From Chrysomallon squamiferum (Eukaryota > Animalia > Mollusca), in assembly GCA_012295275.1 (NCBI GenBank), contig CM022673.1, positions 7,254,001 through 7,318,000 on the forward strand: a stretch of DNA of 64,000 bases, given 5' to 3'. The notes beneath the pieces are model-generated. The model was not told the origin of the DNA, made no database searches, and worked only from the letters and a program-made list of their open reading frames with translations. Below, in pieces: positions 63,465-64,000 of the stretch. The translations under genes and the position numbers were made by a program. Each line of letters opens with the position of its first letter. Position 1 is the first letter of the stretch.

Positions 63465-63676
63465 TCACCCGTCAAATAAATTTGCCTCGGACAGAGACTT
63501 TTTTGTACGTAAGAACAAGCCCACAGCAAGTGCATCAACGTAACACAAAATGGCTGCCACTGCAGATAATCCTATTGGCCAGTCGACTCTTCCGCCTGAG
63601 GTTTCACGCGTTGGGTATCTTGAAAGACCAGCCGATTTTTTGGCAAATACTGCTATTCCGATTACAATGGAAGTTC
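63465..63676 (-). CDS. Probable terminal exon of a tetraspan (claudin/PMP22-like) membrane protein; rest of the gene to the right
   Basis: Minus-strand acceptor tttctcccacag|GA ACT; GTSIVIGIAVF-loop-DWPIGLSAVAAILCYVDALAVGLFL-RTKK..*; two hydrophobic segments; GC-richer than flanks. Confidence 0.5.
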
Positions 63677-64000
63677 CTGTGGGAGAAACATTTGCGAAAA
63701 ACAAAATTTAGATATATTTTTTTATCTGTTTGACATTATTATATTTAAATACATTTTTAAATATGCAATTGTAATACAGAATGGGAAAAGAAGAACCGAA
63801 ATAACGGTAAGCAAAAAATTATAAAGGAAAAGGAATAATTAAGAAATACAGATATTTTATCAGTTAATAAAGTATATTAAGATTTATTTATATCACTTAA
63901 TGATTTTTACGTTATATATAAACTTATTTGAAGATTGCATTTCATTTCAGTAGACATTTTGTGGAGCAATCATACAATTATGAACTTAGAATGATAAAAT

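Overview
AT-rich, microsatellite-laden, intron-containing animal DNA; the gene content suggests a mollusc (inference). Left: a 6-exon TBC1D7 gene (+, 4491-9843) head-to-head with the first two exons of a probable DUF547-family gene (-), whose second intron has a U12-type donor. Centre and right: two tandem paralogous genes for secreted proteins with chitin-binding type-2 (ChtBD2/CBM14) and C-terminal laminin-G-like domains, resembling VWA-less Pif/BMSP-like shell-matrix proteins. Gene A (18937-26675, 11 coding exons, ~1097 aa) grew by intra-exonic Thr/Pro/Lys and Val/Pro/acidic repeats. Gene B (36258-60663) contains 42 symmetric phase-1 exons of ~164-189 nt, each encoding one 8-9-Cys ChtBD2-like module. 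38 look intact, and they are interleaved with dead pseudo-exons in ~1.2-1.3 kb higher-order repeats. The far right holds a probable last exon of a claudin/PMP22-like membrane protein (-). All gene models were spliced by eye, with no transcript or database support.
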